Source: Antedon mediterranea | Lineage: Eukaryota > Animalia > Echinodermata | Direction: 5' to 3' | Length of the DNA stretch: 64,000 nt | NCBI RefSeq assembly: GCF_964355755.1 | Contig: NC_092679.1 | Span: forward strand, 11,887,432-11,951,431 | In this document: positions 38,630-52,655 of the stretch, one piece after another | Numbering within the stretch: the first letter of the stretch is position 1 | How the letters are laid out: each line of letters begins with the position of its first letter | Notes under the pieces: model-generated | Seen by the model: only the letters and a program-made list of their open reading frames with translations | Database searches by the model: none | What the model was told of the DNA's origin: nothing | Program-made: the position numbers and the translations under genes

Positions 38630-40500
38630 CGCCCCCGGACAACTACCCCCCGGACAACCACCCCCTTAGGACAACTACCCCCTTAGGATAACTACCCCCC
38701 GGTCAACTACCCCCCGGTCAACTACCCCCCGGTCAACTACCCAACTATCCAAAAGTAGACAAATATATAGGACCGGTCTCTGTAAAAATGAAATCATCTG
38801 TTTTTAACGGGTGTTTCGAAACTAGAGACCCGAGACCAGAGACCTGACACGAGACCCAATACGAAAAGGGAGACCTATATTTGGGTCTCCCTTTTCGTAT
38901 ATTAGGGTCTCCCTTTTCGTATAGTGTGGTCTCTCTTTTCGTATAGTGAGGTCTCCCTTTTCTTATAGTGGGTCTCCCTTTTCGTATATTTGGGTCTCCC
39001 ATTTCGTATATTTGGGTCTCCCTTTTCGTATATTTGGTCTCCCTTTTTGTATATTTAGGTCTCCCTTTTCGTATATTAGGGTCTCCCTTTTCGTATAGTG
39101 GGGTCTCCCTTTTCGTATAGTGGGGTCTCCCTTTTCGTATATTTAGGTCTCCCTTTTCGTATTGGGTCTCGGGTCTCTGGTCTCTGGTCTCGGGTCTCTA
39201 GTTTCGAAACACCCGTTTTTAACCGATTATTCTGTTTAACAGCACGCTAGACCCTAGATATGCTAGATTTAAAGTACCGTATTTATTGAAAAAACGGCTT
39301 GGGCTGTTTATTGTTTAGGTGGTTTTTAGGTGGACATTTATTGGAAGAAAGTTGTTTATTCAATGGGAGGGGGTATAATCTAATGGAAATAGACGCCAAT
39401 TATTCCATATGATGTGTCATGGGAGTGACATGGTCACCGTTTATTTGAGGGGAATTTATTTAAAGATCGCCGTTTATTCGGTGAGTGAATTTTGAGGTCA
39501 AATATCAAAAGTGATATTATTCTTCAAGTGTACAAAAATACAAATGACAAATTTGAGACAAAAATTAATTCTTTTAAGACCAGTGGTTATCGAAGCATTG
39601 TCCTGACGCAAAAATTATTATTATTATTAGCGAACCCAGTCTTTACAGTAAATACAGGGAGTACTATATAATACGTTCGACTATCCTATGATCATGTGTG
39701 ACAATCTTCAGTTTATACCAGGCTATATTTATGTTCAATCTTTTACTTTTGTTTACAATAATGAATAGTAATTCGTCAAAGTAACGAATTAAAATATAGT
39801 TATTAATTCCTATTATACGCTGTTGCAGAGTCAGGTTGTTGAATGGTCTTGGTGGTAGTTGTCCGTCGTCGGGGGGTAATTGTTCTAAAGGGATAGTTTT
39901 CTGGGTGGTAGTTGTCCAGGGGTTAGTTGTCCTACGGAGGTAGTTGTCCTAAAAGATTATTTGCCCTCGGAATATTGTCCAGGTCCAGGAGGTAGATGTC
40001 CTACGGGGAGTATTGTGTCAGAGGCAGTTGTCCGCGGGGTAATTACCCGGGGGGGGGGGGGGAATTCTCCGGGGGTAATTGTCAGGGGGTAATTGTTCCT
40101 AGGGGGTAATTGTCCGGGGGTAGTTGTCCAGGGGTTAGTTGTCCTACGGAGGTAGTTGTCCTAAAAGATTATTTGCCCTCGGAGTTTTGTCCAGGAAGTA
40201 GTTGTCCTACGGGGAGTATTGTGTCAGATTTAGTTGTCCGCGGGGTAGTTACCCGGGGGGGGGGTAATTGTCCGGGGGTAATTGTCCGGGGGTAATTGTT
40301 CCTAGGGGGTAATTGTACGGGGGTAGGTGTCCAGGGGGTAGTTGTCCTAAGGGGGTAGTTGTCCGGGGGTATTTGTCCGGGGGTGGGGGTAGTTGTCCTA
40401 AAGGGGTAGTTGTCCTAAGGGGGTAGTGGTCCAGGTGGTGGTTGTCCGGGGGGTAGTTTTCCGGGGGGTAAATGTCCAGGGGGTGAATATCCGGATACAC
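38630..40500. mobile_element. Foldback/MULE-like element with tandem-repeat arms (ggacaactacccc / ggggtagttgtcc)
   Basis: C-rich ~15-bp units at 38631-38745 and reverse-complement G-rich units at 39850-40495. Confidence 0.65.
38809..39214. mobile_element. MULE-type MITE with 9-bp TSD
   Basis: GTTTTTAAC|GGGTGTTTCGAAACTAGAGACCCGAGACCAGAGACC...GGTCTCTGGTCTCGGGTCTCTAGTTTCGAAACACCC|GTTTTTAAC; internal 21-22-bp gggtctcccttttcgtata repeats. Confidence 0.9.
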
Positions 40501-40849
40501 TCACTATGTATGTATGTCGGTAGGTCGGTCGGTAAGCACTAACTTGAGCACGCGACTGCAGCCATGTATATGGCCTTGTTAGCAATATATTTTGTATATC
40601 AACATTGTAAAATTTAATCAAATATGATATTAGATGTTATTAAATAAAAAGAGTGTTTATTTAACCTCATACAAAGAATTTCAATACATTATTTTCTCGA
40701 CGTGTGTTGGACATGCCAGGACATGCAGCAGTCTTCAGAGACAACGGCACATGTGAGAAAATTCTTCCGCAGTCTGTTGGACCTATCAATTAGTCAAGTT
40801 TACAAAATATTAAAACTGTCGGCATTAACTCCCTAATGACCCGCACAAA

Positions 40850-43465
40850 TTAGAAAAGAAAGGTGAGGTGGTGGAATTGGCATCTTTATATCTAAACGTT
40901 TATCGGTTATTTCTGACAACATCTTAGAATCTATTAATGATGACCTAGAGAGACGTTGGGTCAAAATTTAAAATGATAATAGCAAACCAATATATATATT
41001 TGTGTGACTTATTTTCCTGTACAAGAAGTTATATAATGAACTAACCAATGAACTTTATACCCAATTATTTACCCGAAATTATTAGAATAGAAAATGATGA
41101 AGATGATACTAATATTGTACTGATGAGGGATTTCAATGCAAGAATTGGAAATGTAATACTATGGTGATCCCATAAAAAAACTCAAATGGTAATAGGTTAT
41201 TTAATTTTAGGAGCAACGCTAATCTTACAATTTTAAACGCCACTATCTTGTGAGAGTAAGTTGTACATGCAATCAACAGAGCACAATAGATTATTTACTG
41301 TGCTCTAAAGGGTTGATTAACCACATACAATCAGTTTTAATTGATAAAAAGGGAGAGTTTAATTTTGGTAGTGATCAAAATCTTATGTTGTTAACCCTTG
41401 ACATAGCTTTGAATAAACACACCATTTCACCAATTAAACCAATAGTTATTTGGGACATTAAGAACAATCAAGATTTCACTTTATACCAAAAGAAACTTGA
41501 AGAAAAAGTTAATGGTTGGAATGCTAATGATTCAATTTGGGAATCCTAGAAAAATATCATTATAGAATCAGCAAAAGAAGGAATAGGAATTACCAGAGTA
41601 CTAAATTGCAAATAAAAACCGTGGTTTGATAAAGAAGTAGACTTTGCCATAAAAGAAAGAAAATCCGCTTCACGCCACCATCGTCAATGGGTTCATTTAA
41701 ATAGAAAAAAATAATGATAATACAGTATAGATAATAGCAACACTAACAACAACAATAATAAAAATGATATTGATACTGCTGATTTATGGAGTTTATATAT
41801 TTGGAAAAACGGCATAAAGTTGAAACGCTTATTAAAAATAAAATAACAGAAAAAATGATTAATGGTTCAAGAGAAATAGCTAATAAAGGAGGTCCTTCCT
41901 GTAACGATTTCTAGAAAAAACTTCAAAGGCAACACGGATTTTGATTGCATCCAAGTTCCTGATTCTGAAGATAACCTTTGCATTAGGTCGTTGGGAAAAT
42001 TTAGGTAAAGATAATATGAATTTGAATGATTGTAATGGTTTTCTAACTGATCGCCTAGTTAGAAAAATTAGAGATAACCTTTCTTACGATGTTCATTCTG
42101 ATAATAATGGAGAATTCCTAAATGATATTGCTATTGATTTTGATATTGTTAAAGATGCAATAACTCTTGCAAAGAATAACAAAGCCTATGGTTGGGACAA
42201 TATTACATTATTAAAAATGAAGGAATATATATTATTAAATCATTACTTGGCCTTTTCAACAAAATTATTAAATTGGAAGAAATCCAGAAGGACTGGAATA
42301 GTTCCATTATTATTCATATTCATTAGAAAGGTAGCCGTAGAATTTTGGACAACTATAGAGAAATATCATTAACTTCATGTGTTCTAAGATCTTTAATAGA
42401 ATTGTGTCATTTAACATTTCAAACTTGAAAATGTTGATACTTTTTCCGCGGTCCCAGGAAGGCTTTCGCGCAACATAGATGTGAAGACCATATTTTTACT
42501 CTTAAGAGTATTGCTGCTTGCAGACTTGAAGAAAATAAACACACCTATAATATGGAATTCCTGGACTTCCGTAAAACATTCGATGTGTCTGGCGAAAAGG
42601 CTTACTTAGGCCTAAAGCCGTTTGGTCATCAGGTATTAGGGGTAAAATTTGGCGATTGATCGATAAACTTTATGAAGATGTTAAAGGTTCTGTAAGATTT
42701 GGAGATATGGACACAGAATTCTTCAATATTCAACAGGGAGTAAAGCAAGGCTGTGTACTTTCTCCAATCCTATTTAACATTTTCATAAATGAATTTAAAA
42801 TGCTAGTAATAGTATCAAACAATGTTGGTATCAAAATAAATAACACGTTGATAGGTGGGTTATTCTGGGCAGACGATGTTGTATTAGTTGACAATAACGA
42901 ACATGAATTTTCAAAAATACTTGATCTTGCAACATTATTTGCACAAAAAAACGGAAGTTACATTTTTACTATGATAAATCCAATGTTCTTGTTTTTGGGA
43001 AAAGAATTGACAGCCATAAACAATGGAAGCTAGGGGATAGATTTATTGTTGAAGCAGAGACTTACAAATACCTTGGTGTCCATATTTCTAGCTAAATGAC
43101 AATGTAAGCACCAAAATGTAATTACAAAATGCAATAGGTCTATAGCTTATATCAAATTGTTAATTGACAATTGCAATAATTTTAACAGAGTATTTTTTGA
43201 GATATATTATGGAGGACAATCGGTCTACCTGCAATTAATTACGAATCAGCTGTTTGGTGTTCGTTAAATAAAGTTGATATTGATAAAATAGAAAACTTCA
43301 ATTGCAAATAGCTAGATATATTCTTAAGGCGTCTAGAAACACGCCGCGTGCAATCTTATTTTTGGTGAATTGGGTTGGTTCCCAATAAATGTCACACAGG
43401 ATAGTTTATTTTAATCCGATTGTACACATGGAATCACATCGTTGGCCAAATGTTTTGCTTAATGC
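40850..43465 (+). mobile_element. Decayed non-LTR retrotransposon ORF2 (AP endonuclease + RT)
   Basis: GGGIGIFI, DFNARIG, STIDY, GSDQN, QEGFR, GVKQGCVLSPILFN, WADD, YKYLG and GELGW motifs across frameshifts and stops. Confidence 0.9.
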
Positions 43466-45929
43466 CCACCACCGTAGATCTGACCAGGGAGTTGTAAAAT
43501 ACTCCCTGATCTGACCAGCTTTATGTTGAGATTAGGAACTAAGATTAAAGAACGTGCTTGTATTGATTTTGCGCTCCAGAATATTAGACTGGAGGAATTG
43601 GCAATATTCGGGCAAATCTATCTAATGCAATTGACGTTTGGAACCGATTAATAATGGAACAATAGACCAAAAATCAATGTATGTTCTTGGTTCATCTGTA
43701 CTTGATCTTCCTGCAAATATTAAAATTACATTCGAGAGATTTTGTAGAGGTTTTTCACCAAACGGGCATGGAGAAAGAGAAGGGACATCAACAATGTTCT
43801 TTGCTTTTTAAATCCTGTATTACTTTTGTTAATGTTATTTTTTATATCAGTTTCCTTGTACTGTAAATAGGCCTATTGTTAAATCATTTTTTTTCTCTAA
43901 CTTTTATTTTACTCTTACTCTGGATGCACCTTCACAAAGTATTACTTTTGTTAATGCTATTTGCTTATATCTTGTATAATTTAGTTTAAGTTTCCTTTTA
44001 GGCCTACTGCAAATAGGTCTTTTGTTAAATCATTTTTTTTCTTTAACTTTTATTTTACTTACTCTGGACGCACCTTCATTTCAAGAAGTGTGCCACTGTT
44101 TCAAAAGCGTAGCTTCCAAATAAATTACTTTTTGGCTAAAGCCGCAACGCGAAAGAAAGCTCACAGCAGTTAAAACTGCTAGTTCGCCCTCTAGAGTTTA
44201 TACGTGTATTTCGTAAACACAATAAATGTGCAAGAAGAAAACGAGACAGCAGCTTAGCTTAGGCTACTAGGCCCTCTCTACAGTCTCCCCTCTAGCAGCC
44301 TAGAGTCCAACAGAGGTGTGATGACTTTTGTGAGAGGAAGAAAATCCAGCCGGCCCAAAACAAATAAATATTGAATGAAAAAAGAGAAATGAAATGTTAT
44401 CGTTAAAGATGAGCTGCCTGATGTATTTGCAAGAATGTTCGTATTTGTTTTGATAGCGATGTTGTCATGTAAGTTTGATCAATTTTTATAAAGACAAATG
44501 TAAGTCTCCATTTTAAATTTGTAAAATTTTATTTTTAGGCTAGGCTAGTAGCCTACGCATATAGGCCTAGGCTAGGCCTAGTAATAGTAGTAGGCCAGGC
44601 TTTATGCATTGGACTAGATAAGAACAAGATAGGTTAGGTAGGCCTAGGCTAGTGGGTCAAGGCTACTTTGTTATTATATGACTAAGGCTAGCTAGGCTAG
44701 GGGCCTATTAGTATCTCCTAACTGTGTGGGCTAGAGGCCCAGCTAGACCTCTCTATCTAGGCTAGTCTACTCCTAGCTAGAGGCTACTAGATTAGGCATA
44801 GCCTATATAGCCTAGCCTACTTATACAGCAGGCCGGTCCTTCCCGGAGAAGGATTAGGCCAAGTTGAGCCGCCGACAAGTTGAGCCACCACCAGAAACAC
44901 CAAATGCTAACTTTCGCCGGTGCTCATTTCTATTTAATAGAAGTTCTATTTATATTATTATTTGATATAACGATACGGTATATTCAAAAGTTTATATATC
45001 ACGGGTTTTAGTATATATTATTAAATATTATAATTAAAGAAATAATTATGAAAATCTGACTTGTAGATTCTAAAATATAAGGCATAAAACATCACTGAAA
45101 ATGATCGTTTTAGCAAAAAATTATGTATAACATGTTTGCCTGAGGGGGCAGTGGTATGAACTAGGCCTACTCAATTTTTCGGTAAAATAATTACAATAAA
45201 ATCACCGTTTTTTAGTAAAATATTTTGTGTATTAACATTTAATAAAATTCAATAAAATATGATATTAAAAGATAGTAAATAAAAAATAATAATTATTTAA
45301 CCTCATTCGAAGAATATCAATACTCTATTAGTCCTGAGAGACAACGTGATTTTACGTGGTAAGCCTACACGCGAGAAAAATTTTATGGAAAATATTATGA
45401 CTACTTTCCTTTGCTGTGTTGTTATGACGGTTCAACTTGAAACCAACAACATTGTAGTATGTAATTATTTATATATAATTTATTTAAATAAACATAAAGA
45501 CCATGAACTTATGTACTAGGACACCACTCTATCACTACGCGAAATGTCGTAAAAGACGCACTGGGCGTTTCATAGAAATTACCGGCGGCTCAACCGGTCA
45601 TATGCCACGACAACACCCGACCGAACGCACGGAGAATGTCTGGAGTTCCGAGGTATTGAAAGAAGCACTCGAGTAGGCCTATGATCGAAAGAAAGTTATT
45701 TTTAAAATTAAAGTATGTTTATGCTTATGTGTGGCAACATATTTTTCTGATGTTAGCCTTGATCGTCTTGTATTGTATCATTTAAAAAGAATGTTTCTAA
45801 CTGTATCTAATTTATCTATTGAATGTTAACCTGTTACATAGATACTGTAAATGAGTGTTTGTTAATGTATAATTATGTATAGAACTGATATGAAAATTAT
45901 GTACTCAAATGTTTTGGTAACATTTCTAT

Positions 45930-47407
45930 AACTAGAAAGCCACTCCGAGAGTGCATACCTCCGCCTACTGTAAAATTCTCCTACATAAGATTTCTCCGGG
46001 AAAAAAAAAAATATATATATATATTTGTGTGTGTCTTATTAACACGTTCACCGCCAAAGACGGAAATCTCCGTCTTTCAATGCCCAGCGCCAGACCGCCA
46101 AAGACGAAAATTTCCGTCTTTGGCTTTTTATTGCACAATTTGTTAGATCAGGTATATATGGACCGCATGTAGAAATTTCAACATCCAAATCGATCTGGAC
46201 CGCAAATATTTTGATACTTTATTAACCCCTAGTGCCATTGACCCCAGCTGGCCTACATCGCGTCCTATCCGTAAACAACATAATGTGTTTACTGCGGACG
46301 AAGCAATTGCAGAAATATTGGCCGACTCGGAAAATGAGTATTTATTATCCCCAGATGATGTAGGTATATTTGTACCTAAATCTGGTTTATAAAATGTAAT
46401 AAATAATTGGAGATAATTTAGCTAGCCTGGCCTAGGCTAGTTTGTAGAATAGGTTGAGAATCGTGACACTGACAGACGGTGCAGTCCAGGCTAAAATCCT
46501 CATTATCTCTGCTTTGTTCTCCGATTGAGCCTAAAATGCTAAAAGTGAGCCAAGTTCTTTGTACAGTTATGTGGTATTACAGTTTTATTTCAATAAAGTG
46601 TTTGGTACCATTGGAAAGTTTATTTCTATCTCATTATTTTAATGGAAAATGCATGTTATTCTGGATTACAAACACCTTTGCTATGAGCTTTGAAAAACAG
46701 GTAAATTTATCTAAAATGGCTGGCGGTGAGGGGTACTTCCTTTATTGAATGACTGGCGGTGAAAGTGTTAATGCTGTTTGTGATTGAGGCTAATAATTTC
46801 ACCACAAGCATGTGTATGCGAGTTTGGCGTAATGGTTATGTAACAAGCCTTTCAAATAACAATAGCTTCAGTTGACTAACAATACAACAGCAACGTGAAA
46901 ATCAAACAAGTAAATTAGAAAAGAAATAGGTTTTTTAAACTACTCGCATTAAAAAACATGCACAATAAATCAAATTATGTTTTAAAATTACAAATCACAT
47001 ATTATAACTCTTGCCTCTTGTACAAAGATGAAGTTTTTTGGACAAGTAGTTCTCGAGAAAATGCAATTTCAGTTTACTTGTTACTTTAAGACGGCTCGCC
47101 GGCTTTTGAAAAATTCTGTCCTATCTTTTAACACTAGCAGGTCTGAAAATAATATCAATTTTGTTATTGTGAAGTTATTAATACACCAATTTTGTTGATT
47201 TTCAATAAGCATGGTCTGAAAGTATATACCTATCTCTGCACCCAAAAATTCAGAACAATAACTTGAAAACTGTAGGCGCTATCGTGCTAACAAACATACA
47301 TACAAACAAACAAACAAAGTAAATACTATATCTGGCAAAATTCTTTTTTGCCAAGTAACAAACACACGCTACCGATTACATATACTGTACCTCCTTGGCG
47401 GAGGTAA
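45930..47407 (+). mobile_element. HINE/Helentron-associated element with nested insertion
   Basis: aactagaaagccactccgagagtgcatacctccgcc ... (caaa)n ... cctccttggcggaggtaa. Confidence 0.7.
46043..46767. mobile_element. piggyBac-like non-autonomous element
   Basis: TTAA|CACGTTCACCGCCA ... TGGCGGTGAAAGTG|TTAA (13/14 TIR match). Confidence 0.8.
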
Positions 47408-48454
47408 ATAACCATGAACATGGATGATAAATGTGGTACTTACAGTATACAGTATGTAGTTAATTAAAATGTTATATGTTACTATACATTAATCAATTGC
47501 AGATATGTTGTCTTTTTTATTAGCTCAGAATGTCACTAATATTGCAACAAACATCTGTGACAGTATTTAGGCCTAATTTTTATTGGCCTATATTTTTATC
47601 ATTGGTTATCGTTTAGGCAATTTTGTTTTTCTTGTAGTTTTATTGTCTCTTTTTTTATTGTCTTAATTATGCCAAGTAAAATGAATTTCCATTTTAAGTG
47701 GACCAATGAAATTTCTTGAATGAATTTTGACAATAATTTTATGCCATTTTTTACTCACTCACATGAATCGTGTTGAAAAAAAAAAATCCAAATTACAAAC
47801 CCCACAGTTAAACACGTTTGAACCAACATTTAGTTTTCTTCATTAATTTATTACAGATATTACTGTATCTGCCATTACTTGATATCATCATATTATTGTT
47901 ATTCTAACATTCATTTATTAATCATACTATATAACTATATCATTATATATAAAACAAAATATAATTCTTTATCTTACATTTACAATTTGAATGTGATATT
48001 GATTGACATCTAGAAGAAAAAGATGGAGACCTAATTAGAACCAATTTCTGAAAAAAGACCTATATAATACCAAACTCTCGCCATTTATTAGTATACAGGC
48101 GCTGGGAGGGGGGGGGGGGCTGCAACCGAGCTTGGACGTGTATTAGTAGGACTCACCTACAGTACTGTAGGCTTAGACCACTAACCCAGCTTTTAGATTT
48201 AAGAAATAAAAACATGAAGGATCAGATGAATTGAATACCAATGTACACAGTTATCGGCTAGACTTGTTTGTACATAGCCGTAGGATCAGCAGGATGTACA
48301 GTAGGATAGGCTAGCCTAGGCCTACTACTCCCTTAGGACAACTACCACCTAGTACAACTACCCCTAGTACAACTACCCCCTAGGACAACTACCCCATAGG
48401 ACAACTACCACCTGGACCACTATCCTCTAGGACAACTATGTTGTATAGTAAAAT

Positions 48455-49293
48455 ATCACTGGATACATTACTGGCAATGATGAAACAAGCTATAGACAAC
48501 TAGGATGTGATTTTTATCACTGGTGCTGCAATAACAACCTGAAACTAAACATAAAGAAAACAAAAGAAATGCAAATTGATTTTAGGAAAATTAAAGAACC
48601 CTTAGAACCTCTGATTATAAATGAAAATGAGATTGAAGTAGTAAATGAGTACAAATATCTGGGTTGTATAATTGACAATAAGCTAAATTGGATAAATAAT
48701 GTAAATAAAGCCACATGCAAAGCCAACCAAAGGATGTTTATTTTAAGAAAAATGAAGTACCTACAAATTGACAAAACTATACTTAAATTGTTTTATAACT
48801 CTGTAATTCTCAGTGTAATACTTTTTTGTAATGTTTGTTTTTATGGTAATACAATGCAAAAAGATAAAATTAAACTTAATCGAATAGGAAATAGAGCAAT
48901 TAGACTAGTAGGAGAGCACTTACCTGATGTTGAATCCTTGTATAAAGAAAATGTGTTAAAAAAAGTAAAAAGTATCATTGATGATGAAACACATCCTCTT
49001 CACAAACAATTTGCTCTCATGAATTCTGGCATAAGACTACGTGCACTTAATACCAAAACAAAACGGTTTAGGTGCTCGTTTGTACCTAATGCTATACACT
49101 TATATAACTCCAGAGTACAAAGGTAAAATGTAACCGATAATTTTTTATCTAATTTTAACAATTTTTAGCCTCTTAACTTTTTGTGTGTGTTTTTGTAAAT
49201 TGTATTTTATATTTTTGTATTTTGCCAGTTTTCAAATCACATTTCTGTTTTTAAATGGACAATAAAGTATATATGACTATGACTATGACTATG
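48455..49293 (+). mobile_element. 5'-truncated Rex1/Babar-like LINE 3' end
   Basis: Open RT C-terminus (KTKEMQIDFRK, YKYLG, QRMFILRK, HPL, SFVPNAI); (GACTAT)n tail; inserted in ggacaactacc repeats. Confidence 0.9.
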
Positions 49294-50892
49294 AACTACC
49301 CTCTACTAGTAAAACTACCACCTAGGACAACTGCCCCTCTAGGACAATTACCTCCTAGAAAAATGATCGAGATAAACTGAGAGATGCCAAAAAGAGTACA
49401 CTTGCCCAATCTGTCAGATTACTGAACTTCAAAAGCATACAGTAGGGAGAGAGATTGGTCGTAACTGAAAGCTTTTGAATCTTTCAATATGCGTATTCGT
49501 CAGGCGGGTAGGCTTATTTTATTCTTGCGTGACATGAAGATGCATATAGAAATCTGGAAACATGCAGTTTACCTAGCTACTCCAGTTAATAAAAAAAAAA
49601 GGGGTATTTTTTATAAGCCCCTTGGTATCGTTCACAGTGCTGACGTCACAATACAATGTGACATCTCCTCTAGACCAAGCGTTCTATGATAAACAGGCAT
49701 TGTACTCCCGATTTTACTTCATTTTCAACCGAACATTACTTCCAAATCTTTATTACTTTACGAAACTTTTACCAAAGAATTTGTACTTGGACATGGATTT
49801 AGGTGCTACAGTAACTATTCATTCACTATCAGTATTTACAGAGTTTTAACTACCATATTATACTTACCTCGTCTACATAAAAAACAATAAAATCGTCCAA
49901 AATAATTAAAATGTTGTTAAAATTATGTTTTTCGATGTGTAGCCAGGCCATTCTAGCCCCTATAATGGCCTGGCCTAGAAAATTGTGGCCTGGCCTAGAA
50001 AATTGTCTTCCTTGGCAAGATAAGATACAATAAGACAAGCTTTAAAAAAAAAAATACTTTGAGAATTCAAAATTCTCTCTTGAAAATTGTTGATTTGTTA
50101 TCATGAGTGCGAGTGGTTTTTCATAATTTTAGTTACTTTCTTTAAATAGGTTGTTTTTTTGTATGCATTCATTTTATTAATATCTTTAACCAATGATCCA
50201 ATAGGGGTTTCTAGGGTATTCTAAAAGTAAGACCGTTTCTACTAAAATGTTTAACAAAAAATAAAATTATCCAACATGAATTCCAGTATTGAACAATTCA
50301 TTGTTTGATAAAAGAATGTCGTCAGTCTCCCTGCAATTCACACTTGATGTCATTTTCATTCTCACAACCTTTATCATTAGAGCCAATTGATCAATATTGA
50401 TCATAAACAGATCAGTGTTTGCTAATAATATAAAACCCAAACTGGCAATTAGCCAAATACCAATCAATGGATGACATGTCACTCACAAAGTTCAAGGTCA
50501 TAAAAAGCAAATTAAAGCAGTTTTATTAAAGTCGTTTAAATGAACATATTAATTACATATTCCAAGAACATATTTTTCATTTTATTAATCTAAATGTTAA
50601 TTTAAAGAAAAAAATATTAATGCTACGGTTTGCCTACAGAAAAAAAACAGCAAAATTAATGATGAAAAAATGGAGATTGTTGTAGTAAGTAGGAATTAAA
50701 AAATGTTAAGATTATGAAAGTGGCTTAACATTTCCAAATAGCCTAATTCATAACAATAAAATACTGCATACTTTTAGCATTGACCATTTTATCAACAATT
50801 ACCAGATATATGTCATTCCTCAGTATTTCATCTTTTTATTGTTAATTATGTACTATTACCAAGGTAATTTAACAACAGGATGCTGAGTTTAT

Positions 50893-51880
50893 GAGATCAA
50901 AGGGTTTATCTGTGGCTGCTACATGATCAGTTCCACACCCCTTAAGAGATCAAAGGGTTTATCTGTGGCTGCTACATGATCAGTTCCACACCCCTTAAGA
51001 GATCAAAGGGTTTATCTGTGGCTGCTACATGATCAGTTCCACACCCCTTAAGAGATCAAAGGGTTTATCTGTGGCTGCTACATGATCAGTTCCACACCCC
51101 CCCCCCCCTTAAGAGATCAAAGGGTTTATCTGTGGCTGCTACATGATCAGTTCCACACCCCTTAAGAGATCAAAGGGTTCATCTGTGGCTGCTACATGAT
51201 CAGTTCCACACCCCTTAAGAGATCAAAGGGTTTATCTGTGGCTACTACATGATCAGTTCCACACCCCTTAAGAGATCAAAGGGTTTATCTGTGGCTACTA
51301 CATGATCAGTTCCACACCCCTTAAGAGATCAAAGGATTTATCTGTGGCTGCTACATGATCAGTTCCACACCCCTTAAGAGATCAAAGGGTTTATCTGTGG
51401 CTGCTACATGATCAGTTCCACACCCCTTAAGAGATCAAAGGGTTTATCTGTGGCTGCTACATGATCAGTTCCACACCCCTTAAGAGATCAAAGGGTTTAT
51501 CTGTGGCTGCTACATGATCAGTTCCACACCCCTTAAGAGATCAAAGGGTTTATCTGTGGCTGCTACATGATCAGTTCCACACCCCTTAAGAGATCAAAGG
51601 GTTTATCTGTGGCTACTACATGATCAGTTCCACACCCCTTAAGAGATCAAAGGGTTTATCTGTGGCTGCTACATGATCAGTTCCACACCCCTAAAGAGAT
51701 CAAAGGGTTTATCTGTGGCTGCTACATGATCAGTTCCACACCCCCCCCCCCCTTAAGAGATCAAAGGGTTTATCTGTGGCTGCTACATGATCAGTTCCAC
51801 ACCCCCCCTTAAGAGATCAAAGGGTTTATCTGTGGCTGCTACATGATCAGTTCCACCCTCCCCCCCCCCCCCCTTAAGAG
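50893..51880. repeat. 53-bp minisatellite, ~18 copies
   Basis: Unit gagatcaaagggtttatctgtggctgctacatgatcagttccacaccccttaa with a variable C tract. Confidence 0.97.
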
Positions 51881-52328
51881 ACACTGCACGATTTTTAAAA
51901 CTACGGTTTGATGTGATTTTGTGTTTTCTATTGTTTTTTAAATTGATGAATAATCAATTTGAATAATACTGTAATAGTATTAGTAGTAGTACAATGTTCA
52001 GCAATACGAATGACTTGTCCCTTGTTTCGCCTCTTTGTTTTGTGCCATCAACAAGCAATTTGTGGCACATGCAAGCAAATTATCAAGACATAATTAAGTC
52101 ACGTATGTAGATTTGTAGAGACAGCCAAAAGCAATAAAAAAAAAAATTACATTTTTGTTATTTTTACAGAAGAAGGTAACTAAAACAGTACAGTGTTTAT
52201 ATTATTATTACCTTGATGTGTTTCTATTTTGAGACAAATACATGCATACATTTGTGTGGTATGTTGTTTAAAAAATGGTGTAAATTATGTATGATTTTCA
52301 TACAGTAAAACCTATCAATGTTTTATGC

Positions 52329-52655
52329 TTAAAGACATATTGTCTCCCAAAAACATGAAAAATGAAAATTAATTAATTTATCAGACTTTGAATATATTAT
52401 TTTGTAGTTTTAATAAAGTTAATCACTTCCATAAAAAGAAAACGAAAAAAAAAATGTTTTCAATAAAAAAATTACAAAATAAATGGTTAAATTCAACCAA
52501 AAATCCATTGACTGGCAGCAAATTTTTTCTTTAAATCATGTTTTTTGTCAGGTAAATACATTTTTTTTCGATCCAATTTTTGGTCAAAGTGGATAACTAT
52601 TATGTTACATTAATATTTTAAGAATTATTTTTTCAGGGGGACAAAACATCTTTAA
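52329..52655. mobile_element. Kolobok-like MITE (TTAA)
   Basis: ttaa|agacatattgtctccc ... gggggacaaaacatct|ttaa; relatives at ~63087-63308, ~16765-17100 and ~29335-29420. Confidence 0.7.

Noticed and set aside
38745-40621. Repetitive Pro/Gly- or KGRP-rich ORFs (38745-39002, 40110-40295, 40249-40500, 40415-40621)
   Set aside because: Translations of tandem repeats inside TEs.
50893-51880. CRISPR-like regular repeat array
   Set aside because: Units are contiguous with no unique spacers, there are no cas genes, and the context is eukaryotic; it is a minisatellite.
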